DNA from: Marsupella aquatica | Lineage: Eukaryota > Plantae > Marchantiophyta | Direction of reading: 5' to 3' | DNA length: 64,000 nt | NCBI GenBank assembly: GCA_973895155.1 | Contig: OZ316899.1 | Location: 8,621,241-8,685,240, forward strand | In this document: positions 34,200 to 48,261 of the stretch, piece by piece | How the letters are laid out: each line of letters starts with the position of its first letter | Numbering within the stretch: position 1 is the stretch's first letter | Notes under the pieces: model-generated | Database searches by the model: none | What the model saw: only the letters and a program-made list of their open reading frames with translations | Told to the model about the DNA's origin: nothing | Program-made: the position numbers and the translations under genes

Positions 34200-34900
34200 A
34201 AAACAATGTATTTTATGACTGAAACAATGACTATTAATCAGGTCTTTTTAACAAAACAATGACGCAATCGTTCTCGTCTTTCCAGACGCGTCACAACGGA
34301 CATTTTGGTCACGGTCCTATTGGACAAATGACGCTAAAAACATGTGGTCATTTCATACTGTCCTAAATGACCATTTTTATGATATGGTCATAAATGCTGA
34401 ACGGTCCAAAATGACGACACAAATCACCATCGACGGTCAATTGCCGTTGACCGTCGACGGTCCCCGTACCCAATCACACAACGACACGTGACAATCAAAA
34501 AACAAATGACATTGGTCATTTTGGACTTGTCCAAAATGACGTACATTATATAACAAATCAAATAGTGACACGTGGTTCAAAGAGGATTCACCATTTGGCA
34601 ATATATTTGGGTCATTTTGGACATGTCCAAAATGACTATGATATAAACAAGTCATATTGAGACACGTGGTTCAATTGGGAGGAGACAAGTAAAGATACAC
34701 ATTAGTCATTAATGACATGTCTTGAATGACATAAAGTGAGTCATAGTGGACTTGTTTATAATGACCATGAGAACGGTCATTGTATATGTCATTCTTTGAA
34801 TCATTTAGTCTATGTCTTTAATGACCAGAGTTGAGTCATATTGGTCACAAAGATAGTTGTGGATAATGACCATTACATCAGTCATTCTAGCTAGTCATTC
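34200..34900. repeat. CACTA-B subterminal repeats (ATGAC/GTCAT)
   Basis: Dense ATGAC and GTCAT units in both orientations. Confidence 0.8.
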
Positions 34901-35249
34901 AGGTGAAGTATTCAATGATTTGGAGAAATTCAAATTTAAGTGATCATGATAGATAAAACTTCATGTCAATCAAAAATCATACATTACAAAGCCGTTCAAT
35001 AGATTTGCTGAATGAAAACTTAAAGAAACAATATATATCACAAATCCAATTGACATTCATACAAGATACCTTCATAAGTCTCACGGTAACTATTGAACTC
35101 AATGCAAATTTATGAAACAAAATTACATTGACATCAATAATATTAGATTGTCAATTGTTACAACCTGACATACCAATCACTCTGCATGTTTCTAGAAAAA
35201 TAGAGCTGTCATCATATCATGTCTATTGTTTCTTGACAGAGTGCTATTT

Positions 35250-38112
35250 CTATTGCTTCTTAAGCAATCTAGAGTTCCATAGGGCATTCATCCCTTTCAC
35301 ATCAGATAATTTAGACTGGTTCTCCCCTGCATTGGCAAATGGCAATGCCACATCTACAAACACTTCAATCACACGCACTCGCAAGAAAGGGCTTTCAAAA
35401 TCTGCACAATGAAACTTATCTTCTCCTGGCAGCCCTGTCACCTCACTTTCTGCCACTATCATGGAATTGTCCACAACGCTCTTCATCTTCATCAAATCTC
35501 CTCTTGCAAACTGTGAACAACACATTTTGTTAAAAATGCAATAAACAAAAATTGAAAGATAGAAGAACACTCAAATCAAACACACATTTACCTTTGCAAT
35601 GGAGTTAGGAGACTGCATTGGTTTCTTCTGTGCAGGTGATGCATTTGCTGAGGATCCTTTCTTCCTTTTCTTCTTTCCCTTTCTAGTTGATGGAGTGTCA
35701 TCCTGCTCACTTGGAACAGGAGTTTCTTTTGGCAACTCAGATGATTCTGGGGTTACATCTGGTGTCAACTGAGTCGACTTATCCTCTAGCAACTGAAAGG
35801 CATCGGAAATGGCTTCTTTGGGCAACTTAGATGGCAAAAGGTTCACTTCCAATTCAGTTTGCTTCAGAGTACTGTTAGCTGTGTCAGTTGGTCTTCCCTG
35901 CGATATAGGAGGCTCCCCTAAAGATGCTGTCATAAAACACACACAAAAGAAATGCATAAACAAACATGTATACACCAGCAACATATAATCACACTAAAAA
36001 CATGCAAGACATATACACATCACAATAATTATATTGAATGGACAGTGTATACATGATAGAGAATTTTACCTTCATTATCGCCTGAAAAAGTAAGAGATCG
36101 CTTTCTACTACCTTGTTTGGTACCTGTAGTCAACTTACTGTGACTAGGCACAATTGTTGGAACTTGTGCATTATTGGTGTGATGTGCCATCCACGTAGTC
36201 ATCATGTTTGTCAACTCTCTCACAGTGCCTTTCAACTCAGCGACATCCAATTTCACAACCCCAATGGCAGTGATCTCTTCTTTTGAATGTGGGGTCTGTA
36301 AATGAACCACAAACCAACACAACATTCTCACTGTCAAACTTACAAACGACACAACACTCTGTCAAATGGAGAATGATATACAAATCAAATTGGTATGACA
36401 ATACTCACAGCTGATCTATGTCTGTATCTTGCCCCAGTAAGCTAGCACTTTTACCCTCCCCACTTGCCAATGATGGGCTCACCTTTGCTCCCACAAAACT
36501 ACCAGTCTGACTTTCTGCACTTGCCAATGAGGGGCTCATTGTCACCTTTGGCAATGAACCTTGACTACCATGGTTTTCTTTCAGGTCAGATATACCTGGG
36601 CTTGATCCTCTCTTCTGCTTCTGTTCAAACACACAATGAATGAGAATCATAGAGTCTGTTTTCATCAAGATTCACAAACAAGACAGAATTGATAGTGAAA
36701 ATGATAGACAATTTACCATTCTCTTTGCTGCTACAGCATGCCCTCCCCTTCCAAAGTGAGAGGTATCTTGCACTCGTGCTCTTTTATCAGTCATCTGTTT
36801 ACTCAAAGATATCAATGTTGGACTGGTAAAATGAGATACCAAAGCTGCCCATTTGTTTGGATCAACACCAGATGGCCCAGGTTTGGTTGGATCCTCATTG
36901 CAAACTTTCTTCCAGTAAACATGCATTTTATGGCGCTCTCTCTTCAATATGCCACGACAATGACTCTGGAATTTGGTGTTAATAAATTCCCCACCTACAT
37001 ACTTCCACTCAGCTGCCATGTTATTCCACACTGTGGTTGTATGAACTTGTGGATGATCAGTCCATTTTGGCTTTGATACATCAAAGACTCTGAGTACATT
37101 GCCACAAAGTTCCTCCAGCCAGTATTGTTTGTTGCCATCAGAATCATCAATATCATTGTCATAAATCTGCATTTCACAGACAATGTCAATTCATAACTCT
37201 GGAATTTATGCAGAGTCCAAGTTTTATACACACAACAACAGAGAGGATCAGATTTGTCTAAATCTACATTCAAAAAAAGTACAATACTCACTTTAATGTG
37301 TTTGGGCAAATCTCCGCAATCCCTTCGTTGTTTGGCAGTATTATCAAATTGCTTCTTAGCATGCCTTCGTTCCTTGCGCATCTCAGAGGCCCCGCCTGCA
37401 ATGCACACACATGCATTCAATCAAAAAATATGTACATGATTGAAAAGTTGAGAAAATGTACTTGCATATGCATGACGAGTAGATTGTGTATTACCTGAAG
37501 ATCCTCTGGAATGTAGTACATCAGATTGACCTGATCTGCCTTCAGATGCTGATGGAACCACTAAACAAACACACAACACCAAAGCACTTCAATTAATTTC
37601 ATTTCCAAGTAGAATATCAACTTCCAAACACACCTGAAAAGTAGAACAGTACAATCCACTCACTTTCATATAAGAGTCCAGTGTCTGGGTCTTTCCAACA
37701 TCTCACCAGCCCACCTCCACCAGGCCCAGTCTTCTTAGGACCACGATTTTGTTTCTGTACCTACATCATGGACAACGTAAGCATATCAACATATAATTTG
37801 AAAAAGGGACAAGGATCCCTTCCTATTAGGACGATGAAGTTCAAGCATTACTTGTTGTTCACTCTCTGGTTCTGACCCTCCAATGTCAGAATCCTCAGTG
37901 TCATACTCAGAAGGAGAACCATAGCCATCATCACCAAACTCTGCCATGTTCACCTTGGTAACTTCTGATAGTCTAGAGCTCCTCCTCTTTGGCAATGTTT
38001 CAGTTGAAGTACCTTTCACCAAAGCAGGCTTTCCTCTCTCTCGTTGTACATGTGTGGTTGGGCCTCTAAGGAACAAAGCAATCATCAACATACACCAATG
38101 TAGATCAAACAT
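35250..38112 (-). CDS. Multi-exon TnpA-like gene of CACTA-B
   Basis: WAALVSHF...SKQMTDKRA....HFGRGG (Ptta/En-Spm type) and C-terminal IVAESEV...KFH.....LRVRVIEV..DVALPF.......LW; several GT-AG introns. Confidence 0.7.
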
Positions 38113-38498
38113 ACATGCAAAATGAATCTACAACGTACACCGTAACACTAGTACTTATGTACAAGATCCATACTAGTATGAGACCAATCTGGAATATGAA
38201 AACAGAACATGAACCTGACAACTCCATCTACTGAATCAAATTTGCAATAGACATATCAACACACACATCAGCTTGCAGTCTGGCCCCAGTCCTAGATCAC
38301 GCATAATTCTGACATTATGCTCTATGTTCCGATTTCAGGCCTCCTCATAAGGATTCACAGAATGTGACAACCCCTGCAATCTTCCTTTCATAGGCTGCAT
38401 TCACCAACTGCACAAATGGGTAAACCATTAGTCTGATTTCATATATAGTCCATACATGTAGTCCATCTATGGACTTTACACACCTAGCTAAAACCTAT

Positions 38499-41400
38499 TC
38501 ACTGCTTAGGCCTGCCCTTTCTTGCAGATCCCTCTGCATCTCTGCCTCGTTTGGGACCAGTACTTGGTCCTGGATTTGCTCTGGACCTACAGGCCTTAGC
38601 CAATTCGATGTGTAATTTGGCATTGTTTTCTATTGTAGCATGGAAATCAACGTCTATGTAATCACCTAACACCCTTGTGGACCTCGATTCTTTGTGGAGG
38701 ATTGTTCTCCATGCTATCCCCTTCTCATTGGGGTGGAAGAAAACCTGCTCCACTTGCTTTGGGAAAACGTAATCCATTTTCTTGGACACACCCAGTTCTC
38801 TATGGAAATTCACCTGCCAAAGACCAGACTCGGTATACCTCATACTGGCAGAGGATTTAGGAGTCCATGATGGATCTGCCCATTTCCCTTTGAAAAGAAT
38901 CACCTCTTTCCTCAAGCTGCCATAATTCAGTACCAAGATATTTGTCAAGGCCCCTACATACTGTACAGATTCTTCTATGGTTGCACCAGACCTGTCCACT
39001 CACTTCTCAGTGAATGTAGAAGCCATCCCAGAATCAAAAGTGCTGAAAGCACCAGAATCACAATCACTCAAACACCCCAAGGATGGAATAGTCCTCCAAT
39101 GGTGCCCATAGGCTCTACATGCCCTATACAGTCGTGCCTTCAAACTAGGTGGTGTGGAGTATGCAGATAGTAATGACCGCTCAGACTCTTTCTCAAAATT
39201 ATGGGTATTGACTAATGTTTGAAACCATTCCCTGAAAGGTGGAAATTCTTGGCAGTCAACGGGAAATTCCACTGGTTTTCTTTGATTGGCAGGCTTCCTC
39301 ATCCACTCCTTCCGGAAATCCACTCTTCGTTTGGTAACAGTCTCATTGGTAGCATCATATATCCTGCATGGCAACAACAACACTGAAGACATTAGTGCAC
39401 GATCCACCATGAATATACAAACACAATGGGGCAACATAATTATGATCCATATGCCTAAGGATAGGAGGGTTTAGGGTTTATGTACCTGTACCATGGAGCC
39501 ACTTTCTCTTCATTCTCCAATATATAATGATGCATGGCCATCATTTCAGACCAATCCAAAGTTATTGCCTTTGCAGCCCCTTCCAAAACAATGCCTGCAA
39601 CGCCAACATCCTCCTCCAACTCCCAGGTTTGTTTTCCCTCTCCCTTTGCATCAATCATGTATTCAGAAAGGAATCCCAAAGACTCATCTAATACATAGCC
39701 TTCAGCCATAGAAGCCTCTGGACGTGCCTTGTTTCGTACATAACCCTTCAATACCTTCAGGTTCCTCTCTATTGGGTACATCCATCTGCCTGTAACTGGG
39801 CCACACAAGTCTAATTCCTCCACTAGGTGAATCATTAAATGGGTCATGACATCAAAAGAAGCTTGGTGGAAAATGGATTTCCAAAATGCAGAGAGTGAAT
39901 CCAACATCCATCATCAAATTCTCATACATTGAAGGGTCCCACACCTTCGTACAGATCTGGCGATAGATATTGCTCACCCCAGCTATGGCCAAGCAAACCC
40001 CTTCATCAAGTAATCCCATTGTTGCCAGAGGGAGAATCTGTTGCATGAGTTGGTGGAAATCATGTGATTTCAACCCAGAGAGTTTCTTGGATTTTGTAAC
40101 ACACTTTGCCAAAGAACTTGAAAAACCAGTGGGCCCTTTCAAGGTCAATAAAACCTCCAAGAACCTTGTTCTTTCCTTCTTGTTCAGGCAATATGGGGCT
40201 GGGGGCATCAACAATTTGTCATCCTTACGCTTGGGAGCTGGATTGGGTACAAGCCATAGGTGTTGGCGCACCTGTAAGAGCTTCATGTCTTCTCTCACAG
40301 AAGGAGTGTCCTGGTCCCAATGATAGTGTGCACAATGTTGTGTGCAAGATTCTTCTCACAGTGCATGGGATCTAGACAATGGTTAATGAGTAGTTTCTGT
40401 AGTGGACACACAATTCAGAAATTAGGGCATTGAATACAACTTTTGGCATCATTGGGCAGTAGTTTGTGCAGTGGACACAATTCATAAATTAGTGCATTGA
40501 ATACAACAATTACAAAATCTGGGCTACAGGAAGTATATGAAGAGAATATATTTCAAAGTCATATGAAGAGATTGCAGAAATTCATTGTAGTAGTATGGAG
40601 TCTTACATTCCAATAGGGCAACTTGTACAGACCAGTAGCCCTCTTCACTCCATGCACCTTTATGGGGCATTTCTCATCCTCAACCTTGGTTCCTCCCTTC
40701 TTCAAATATTCTGTTGTCTCGTCTACCCACTTCTTTCTATCAGAGCTTGTCATTTTACACGGTGCAGGTCGACTCTCAATTGCACCATCAAAGTATTGTG
40801 CACTATCTGGTCTACAAAAAAGATGCCTTGCTGCTAACCATCGACGGTGGCCACTGTACTCTAATTTCTGCAAGTGCTTAGAACCACGTGCCACACATTC
40901 TGGCCCACAGATGACACATCCTTTGTATCCAGAGTGTTGTTGTCCAGATATTAAACCATATGCACGGTAATCATTGATTTCCACAATAGCACAACCCTAA
41001 GGTTGAAGTGTTGAGACAATCCTGGGCGTGGCAATTTGTCAAAGCAGGGCACTCCTTTCTTCCACAACAGCTCCAGCTCCTCATAGAATGGGCCCAATAT
41101 TATGTCCAGCTGTTCCTCTGTTACTAAATCAGGTCCTGGAATCAGCATAGCTAGCATGACAAAGAACTTCTTGGTGGTAAGCCAAGGAGGTAAATTGTAA
41201 TTCAACAACAGTATTGGCTAGGTAGACCAAGCTGTGGAATTATTCCCAAAGGGATTCACCCCATCAAGTGCCAACCCAAATCGCACATTCCTTGGTTCAG
41301 CTGCAAATTCCCGATCAATATTTGTATCCACATGCTTCCAAGCCTTTGAATCTGCTGCGTGCCGAACCACGTTGTCTGTGCTTCTATTCTCATGATGCCA

Positions 41401-42014
41401 AGTCATGAGTTTAGATGTACCAGCAGTGGCATACAATCTCTTCAACCTAGGAATTATAGGGAAATACCGCACTACCTTCCTTGCCTGTAATGAATTCCCC
41501 ACTCTCTTCATCTTGGGCTGCTGACACACTGAACAGTTTTCTAACTTGGCATTCTCACCCCTAAAGAGCATGCAACCTTTCTCACAAACAGGGATTCTCT
41601 CATAATCCATGCTCCCCCATCAAAGACAACAATGCATTCACTCCTTTGTTTGAGAATCCATGGCCATGACAAATGTTTAGCAGAAGCAGCATGAATGACA
41701 CAACATCTATTTTGCTGCCTGGGAACAAAGGTTGCATTGCTGCATCTAAAGATAACTGTGCAGGATCAGTCTCCACAAGAGTTTCGAAGAATTCAAGGGG
41801 GTTTATAGGATGGGCACCTCCTTCACTCTCATCATCCCCAAGTACAAAATCCAAGTCAAAACGGTCCTGATCATCTAGTTCATGCTCAGGGGATTCTTTA
41901 CTGGTTCTCAACAACGTTTCTTCCAGTAGAGCTCTGATATGTTCTTCAACATCTATAGTTGGATGTTCTTCAACATCCACAGTTGGATACTCTGGAACAT
42001 CTACAAATAAATGT
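38499..42014 (-). pseudogene. CACTA-B TnpD, main part (frameshifts, introns)
   Basis: RHAADSKAWKH, EPRNVRFGLALDGVNPFG, YNLPPW, GLKSHDFH, FDVMTHLMIHL, WMYPIER. Confidence 0.93.
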
Positions 42015-42785
42015 CACTAGTACATTATGAGGCCAATTTCCGATATGGACACCTTCGGATCCCTTTGTAAAATTTTTCCAAGAAAAACATCTCATCCGAC
42101 TCTAAATGTATCGCAAATTCCGACTCTCAACCCATCGGATAACGACAATCGGAAGATAATCGGACTTTGCGATACAAAACTTAACGCACTTTGCGTACCC
42201 AAAAATAACAGAAAATCAGCCGTCCGATGTTCTGCAAATCGGAAATGGAAGAGCGGAGCCGATACACTTCCGATCCACTTCCGATACGTAAAGAATCGGA
42301 CTTTGGGTAACTTTGAATATCGCATATTGCGTATCAAAAGGTTACGCAAAGACCGTAAATAAAAGTATCGAACATACCGTTGTTATAAAGATCGAAAATA
42401 TCGTTACTAGAAGTATCGGAAAGACCGTAACCAAGGGTATCGGAAAGATCGATTCTCTGGGGATGGCAAATTCCGAGTTTGGGAGAATCGGACATTCGGA
42501 TATTTTTAAGATCGGAGGAGTATCGGATAATTGAAGGGGTAAAATTTCCGATTATTAATTTTGGGGGTGTGGGGGTTACAATGTTGGGATGCATGGAAGT
42601 GAGCATGGGTAGCAAGAATGGTAGTGAGACTCAAAAGGGGGAAACCCCTGCCATTATATATACAAAAGAGGATGGCCTCCTCTAGCATGGAAAGTACAAC
42701 CTTTACATGTACAGGTGTATAATCCATCTCAACCTGCATGGTATCGTGGCCTACCTACAAATGGTCCTATGCTAAGCTACCTGGC

Positions 42786-45650
42786 CTATCCATATGTTGG
42801 TGCATGTCGTCCCTTCCTCTTCTTGGCACGAGGGCGATAACTCTCTGGTCGGGTAGTGGCATCTGGCACTAACCCTAGGACCCTATCAATGACAGCATGA
42901 GATGCAGTTGCAGCTGTGGTGCTTGGAGCTATCGCGGTACCAACGTCACCAACATCACCTTCTAAGTCATGAGAAGGCACTGTAACACCCCCAGCATCGG
43001 AGCAAGTATGAAATGATGCACTTCCACTACCCCCTTGGGCTGCAGAGTGGTGAGACCCTGCACCTCCACTAGCCCCTGACTGGTGAGATGGAGTCCCATC
43101 ACCAATGCCACCAACTGCAGTCCCACTCACCCTGTTGGCCCCTGAATGACCACGAGCAGTGCTCCCACCCCCACTAGCCCCTCCACCACTAGCCCCTGAA
43201 TGGCGAGAACCATTCCCGCCAACAACCCCTGAATGGCGGCGAGAACCACCATGGGGCCCACTACCAACCCCCCCACCAGACCCGGGCCTGTGAGAACCAC
43301 TATGGGCCCCAGTACTACCCCGCCCACCAGCACCTGCAGATCGATCAAAACCGCCCCGGCGCCCACTACCACTTGTCCCAACACCACCTTCAGCAGCTGT
43401 AGCACCCCCACTACCTCCTGCTGCTCTACGGCCACCTACATCACCATCAGTCCTCCGTCTAGAATGACTACCTCGAGTCCCTCGGGATGTGCCGCCAATC
43501 AAGCGAACAGGGGTGGGTGCCACACTCCCCTCCTCAGCCTCAGACTCTGAATCTGAGGCCCCCGAACCCTCCTCGGCTGAGTCCAAACCCTCCGACTCCT
43601 CATTTGACTCCTACATACATGTAAGCAACCATGAACCCAAGTGTTAGTGTTGAAAATGACCTACAAGGGAGTGATTATAACCATGTTGCATCAAAGGTTA
43701 GAAATATGGTTTTCAATTGTGCATATACTTACCGACCCCAACTCGTCCTGCATGTGAAGTTTCAGAGCCCGCGTTCCAAATTTCTTAGCCAACTCTCTCT
43801 CAGGTGGCAAGATTGGGCGTCCATGCTCTCGCTCCTGCACCATACTCAAGATAATAATTAACCCCCCTCCCCGGCAAATGAGAATAAAATTGAAACCCCC
43901 CATTACTTGAAATACATTATTTTAAAAGTTAATCCCTACCAAATCCCCCACATTACTTAATGAATAATAATCCCTACCTAGCCCCACACATTACTTAGAA
44001 AAATTCCCTAACACCCCCACATCCCTTTCAACTCATGGGTATCACTACCCACTCTACCTATATAAAATACTCCCTTATTATCGTGGCCTAACTATCGCAA
44101 AAAGCAACGACAACCTAAGCCCGGCACTCCTTAAAAAAAACAAACCCCCCGGCGTGGCCTAAAACAGTCAAATATTCAAAATTTTGAATTTTTCCGATGC
44201 TTCCCTAATCGGACCCCTCCACCCTAAACCCCAAAATCTAAGGTCCGATGCAGGGTCCGATTCTCAGGTAATCGGACCATAATCGGAAGCCTTGCGTCCA
44301 AAACCCATAAGAGAGAGTCCCACTCCATTTCCGACTCTTCAGCAATCGGAATAGAATCGGAAACAGAAAAAAATAAGGACACATCAAAACTTGCGATACA
44401 GGCTCGATAACAAACGCACAGGGATAAGAGGGGAGGTCTGGGAGGACTTATGCAGGCATAGCCAAGGTTGTGCCTGAGGTGATCAGGGAGAGGGAGGACC
44501 CAATTTCAAGGTGAAAATTCAGCAAGGAGGCGAGCAAGGAGGAGGGGAGCAGAGGACTTACAAACTCTGCTTTGAGATGATGCGCTCCACCCTGCCCCAT
44601 TCGGTGAGTAACTGCAGGTCTCTTCTCCACCCTCTCAATTGCATTTTGAATGTAAAGTGGAGGGTCTCCAAGCAGTGCTAATTTGGCCTCCCATTCCATT
44701 AAGTTTTGCTGCAGGAGGGGGATGTCAACAGTCTGTCCTGAAAGGACCCTCTTCTCTGCCTCATCGAGCTCAGCCTGCCAGTGACGTCTCGCTTGCCAAG
44801 CACGAACCTGTAGCTCAGCATCAATCCAAGCAGACCAGGCATCAGCTGGTATCTCATCCGGGGGATCTCTCTGCCTGATCACCTCTGCCTCCTCCTTACA
44901 ATCTGCCAGGTACTTCCTCATCTTTTCTCTCACATTATTACGTCTATCTGCAAGTGAACGTGAGATCTTCTTATTCAGCCATCGATCATCCAGGAAGCAG
45001 CCATTACAGAATCGCTCCTTCACTTGCTCCCTTGCTTGAAATTTCTCCTCTTCTTTCTTCTTCCCCCAGTAATCTAAGGGGCTGAAATTTGCCCTCAACA
45101 CCTGCCCTAGCTGACTTCTGAACAAATTGTAGCTCTTTGTCATCGGAGCTCCTCCCTTATTAATGAACAATTTTGGCCGTTTGGCCCTTTCCTCTGCTCG
45201 TAGCCTCTCTTCCTCAATCCTTGCCCTCTCTGCAGCTCGAGCCTCCTTTCTAAGCCTCTTCTCTCTTTCTTGTGGTGAGAGGGCCTCCACTGGCCTGCCT
45301 TTCCTCTCCTCCTTCCTCTTTCTTTTTTTCTCCTTTCCTTTCTCTAGCCTCTCCATGAAAGCCTTCTCTGCTTCACTTATGGCAGATTGCCTGGATTCGT
45401 CAATCAGGCCTTGGGTCAATTGAGCTGCTATGGCCGCAGCTTCAGCAGACAGGCCTGCTTGCCTCTTGAAAATCTCTGCCATAATGTCCGAGATCTGCTG
45501 TGACGGCCCTGCTCCATCTCCACCCACCCTGGCTGCTCCGTCTCCTCCCCCCCCAGCCGTGCCATTCCCCTCCATAGCCTCGACCTCCAATGCGTGCTCC
45601 TCCACTTTGTGTTCACTCAGCAGCTCCTCCCAAGTTGCATCCGAAACCAA
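42786..45650 (-). CDS. TnpA-like gene of CACTA-A, with Gly-rich last exon (exons ~45650-44562 and ~43612-42786)
   Basis: Coiled-coil/basic region, PPDEIPADAWSAW, THRMGQGG motif like HFGRGG of family B; exon joining inferred. Confidence 0.6.
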
Positions 45651-46985
45651 GCCCGATACAAAGACATTCGTACTTTAGTCGGGAAAAGTACCAAACCCTA
45701 TTGTGCCCTCCATCCGACTTTTTAAGAATCGGAACATCCGATACTTGAACTATCAAAAACGGGATCGGAAATAGCGATGCTTAAAGTATCGGACCCCTCT
45801 TCCAATATGATCGGACTTAGCTTGTCCATTATTTTTTATGCCTTTAAGGATGGATTTATAATAAGTTAGTCAATGGGGGGGGGGGGGGGCTGGGGATGTG
45901 GTAAGGAAATGTAAGTTTAGTTGATGTGAAAACTTGCATTGTAATTGTAGGCCTGGTTGAGTAGCCGGATTTTGTTTGGGCGGTGGGGTTCTTGAATAAA
46001 AGCCGGTTATAGGTGCGGTAACGTCCCCCTTACAACAACATACTTTTGGGGTTGAACGGTATGATCATTGACCCACTCACATTAAAAGTTTTGACAAATT
46101 TGTCCACCTTGTATGTGGATTTAATTTTGGGGGCCAAACAAAGTTAACCTCATGTGCGTGTATTGTGCAGTATTTTTTTGCGGAGGGTTGGGTCGTTCTC
46201 TTTGTTTGTATTTTTGTAGGTCCATTTTTGCAATGCATTATGCATCGCGATAGGCCGTGCATCCGAAAGGTATGATATACTCCCTTTATCATTTGGAGGT
46301 GAGCACTTTAAGTATATATTTGGCTAAAGTTTTTTCATTGATGGCCACAATATATAGTGGATATGATTCTATGGGGACATATGTATAGATAAATTCTGAT
46401 GGTATTCCTTTAATTGTGCAGACATTTCGGATATTGTCTTAGCATATATTCTAAGGCCAAGATCCTAGTAGGCATTGTTCAGTGCGGATATCATTTAGGT
46501 AAGATGCACAGTCATTATTTTTAATTATTCGCTTAGTGTAAACTAGGTTCCAATCTTGACATATTGTATTTAGGGTACTTAATATGAGTGGGAAAGATTT
46601 TTGACATGTGATTAATTTTCACATTGATGGGCAGATGTCAAATTCTGGGAGTTCCGAGTCAGATTCTGACTCGGACTCGTCATCTTCTGAGGGGGACATT
46701 CCTCCCCCCCTCGGAGGCCGCATCATCCTCCTCCTCCTCTAGGCCCCATTCCATGTTGGTGTGTGCGATGTAAGGGAATGGTGGTTCGTCAAGCTTAGGA
46801 GTGTATTGAGCATATTGAGAATTATGGGCAACACCAACCTGATTTACCAGGACATTCAGCTCACCAGGTATGCACCCCATACTCTCATCCCACACATTTC
46901 AATGAAGGAAACATAATTTGCCACTTACAATCATGGCCACTATCATCATATATTTATTAATTTTGGATTTTTTTTGAATGAATAG

Positions 46986-47945
46986 GTGCCCCGTAGGCCC
47001 CCTCCTCCATTGATCTCTAAAGAGCTATGGCTAGACACATTCTTGGCTAGTGCAAGACGGATGCTTGCATCAACATCTACACCCCCTCCTCCTGCCCCGT
47101 GCCCCAATGGTGAGGGCGGGAGTGTACCTGTAGCAAGGGTGGAGGACATTGAGCAAGGTGACCTGGAGGTACCTCCATCTAGGGTTTTACGCACCGGCCC
47201 ACGCTCCCATAGGCATAGGAGACATTATGAACCATTGGGCACTCGTGAGTCTCAAGACCCAAACTTGGTAGGTCCGCCTATGATGAAGCCAGGTGAGGGT
47301 TATGTGGTAGTGGAGGGTAGGTTGGGATTGTCATATCTCACTGGAAAGGCGTTGCCTCTTGTGAAGGACTTCTCGTCTGAGATATTCAAAATCCCTCAAG
47401 GCATACCCACTAATGCCCCTATAGAGATATGGGGCCGTCATTGGATAGTGCAGTCATCTTCCCTTGGTGTTGATGTAGGATTTGGGTTATTTGCTTTGGA
47501 GGACATTGTGGTCCATCCAAAGCCATGGCGAAGAGGTTATGATGGGGAACACTTATTTCCTTATATTGGCCCTATATACACTGCCAAGAATTGGAACATT
47601 ATTTTACGGCAACAACCATCATGGGGAGTGTATGCATTGCAAATGGATTCCGATCCGGATGAGGTCCTCAAGAGGCCTTGGCATTGTAGGATGATTGATG
47701 GTGATCCTGTGCGATGTGATAACATCGCTGGGTATATCAATAGTACCAAAGGGAGAGGACGAGGACTTCAACCAAATGTAGAGTGGGTTCAGATTTTTGG
47801 GGCACCGCCACCACCTTACTATGTGAAGCATATGGATGACCATGTTATGACTGTAGCCATTAGGACTATTAGGGCTGGTGAGGAACTCTTTTGTGACTAT
47901 GATTGGAACGCGCCTAAGATGGCCATACGGTGTCGTCCTTCATAG
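46986..47945 (+). CDS. SET-domain protein carried by CACTA-A
   Basis: GFGLFALEDI...PYIGPIY...YALQM...IDGDP...NIAGYINS...PNVEW...VAIRTIRAGEELFCDY; probably the last exon of a spliced gene. Confidence 0.9.
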   Translation: MPRRPPPPLISKELWLDTFLASARRMLASTSTPPPPAPCPNGEGGSVPVARVEDIEQGDLEVPPSRVLRTGPRSHRHRRHYEPLGTRESQDPNLVGPPMMKPGEGYVVVEGRLGLSYLTGKALPLVKDFSSEIFKIPQGIPTNAPIEIWGRHWIVQSSSLGVDVGFGLFALEDIVVHPKPWRRGYDGEHLFPYIGPIYTAKNWNIILRQQPSWGVYALQMDSDPDEVLKRPWHCRMIDGDPVRCDNIAGYINSTKGRGRGLQPNVEWVQIFGAPPPPYYVKHMDDHVMTVAIRTIRAGEELFCDYDWNAPKMAIRCRPS

Positions 47946-48261
47946 CACATACAAACATGTGTATATGTTCACTTTTATAAAAATATTACTTGAGTCATTC
48001 TCTAATTGGTTTCAAGAGCTATGGAGTCTTTTGACTCATTCATATATGGATGTCTCAATTGTTGGTTGAGAGACCTGGACTTATATCATTCTCATTGTTT
48101 TCTTTTGTGTATGATAGAATGCATTTGTTCAGCCAGATATTGAGGTATTATCACGAGCTGTGCGACAACATCTCCTTCAGGCCATGGATGGTAGGCAAGG
48201 GGGTCAACCTTTTGAGGATATGGACATTCCACATGAACTACCTAATGCTACCTAAGAAAGA

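Noticed and set aside
42786-43586. Independent glycine-rich cell-wall protein gene
   Set aside because: Inside the CACTA TIRs, no signal peptide, preceded by a splice acceptor; likely last exon of the TnpA-like gene
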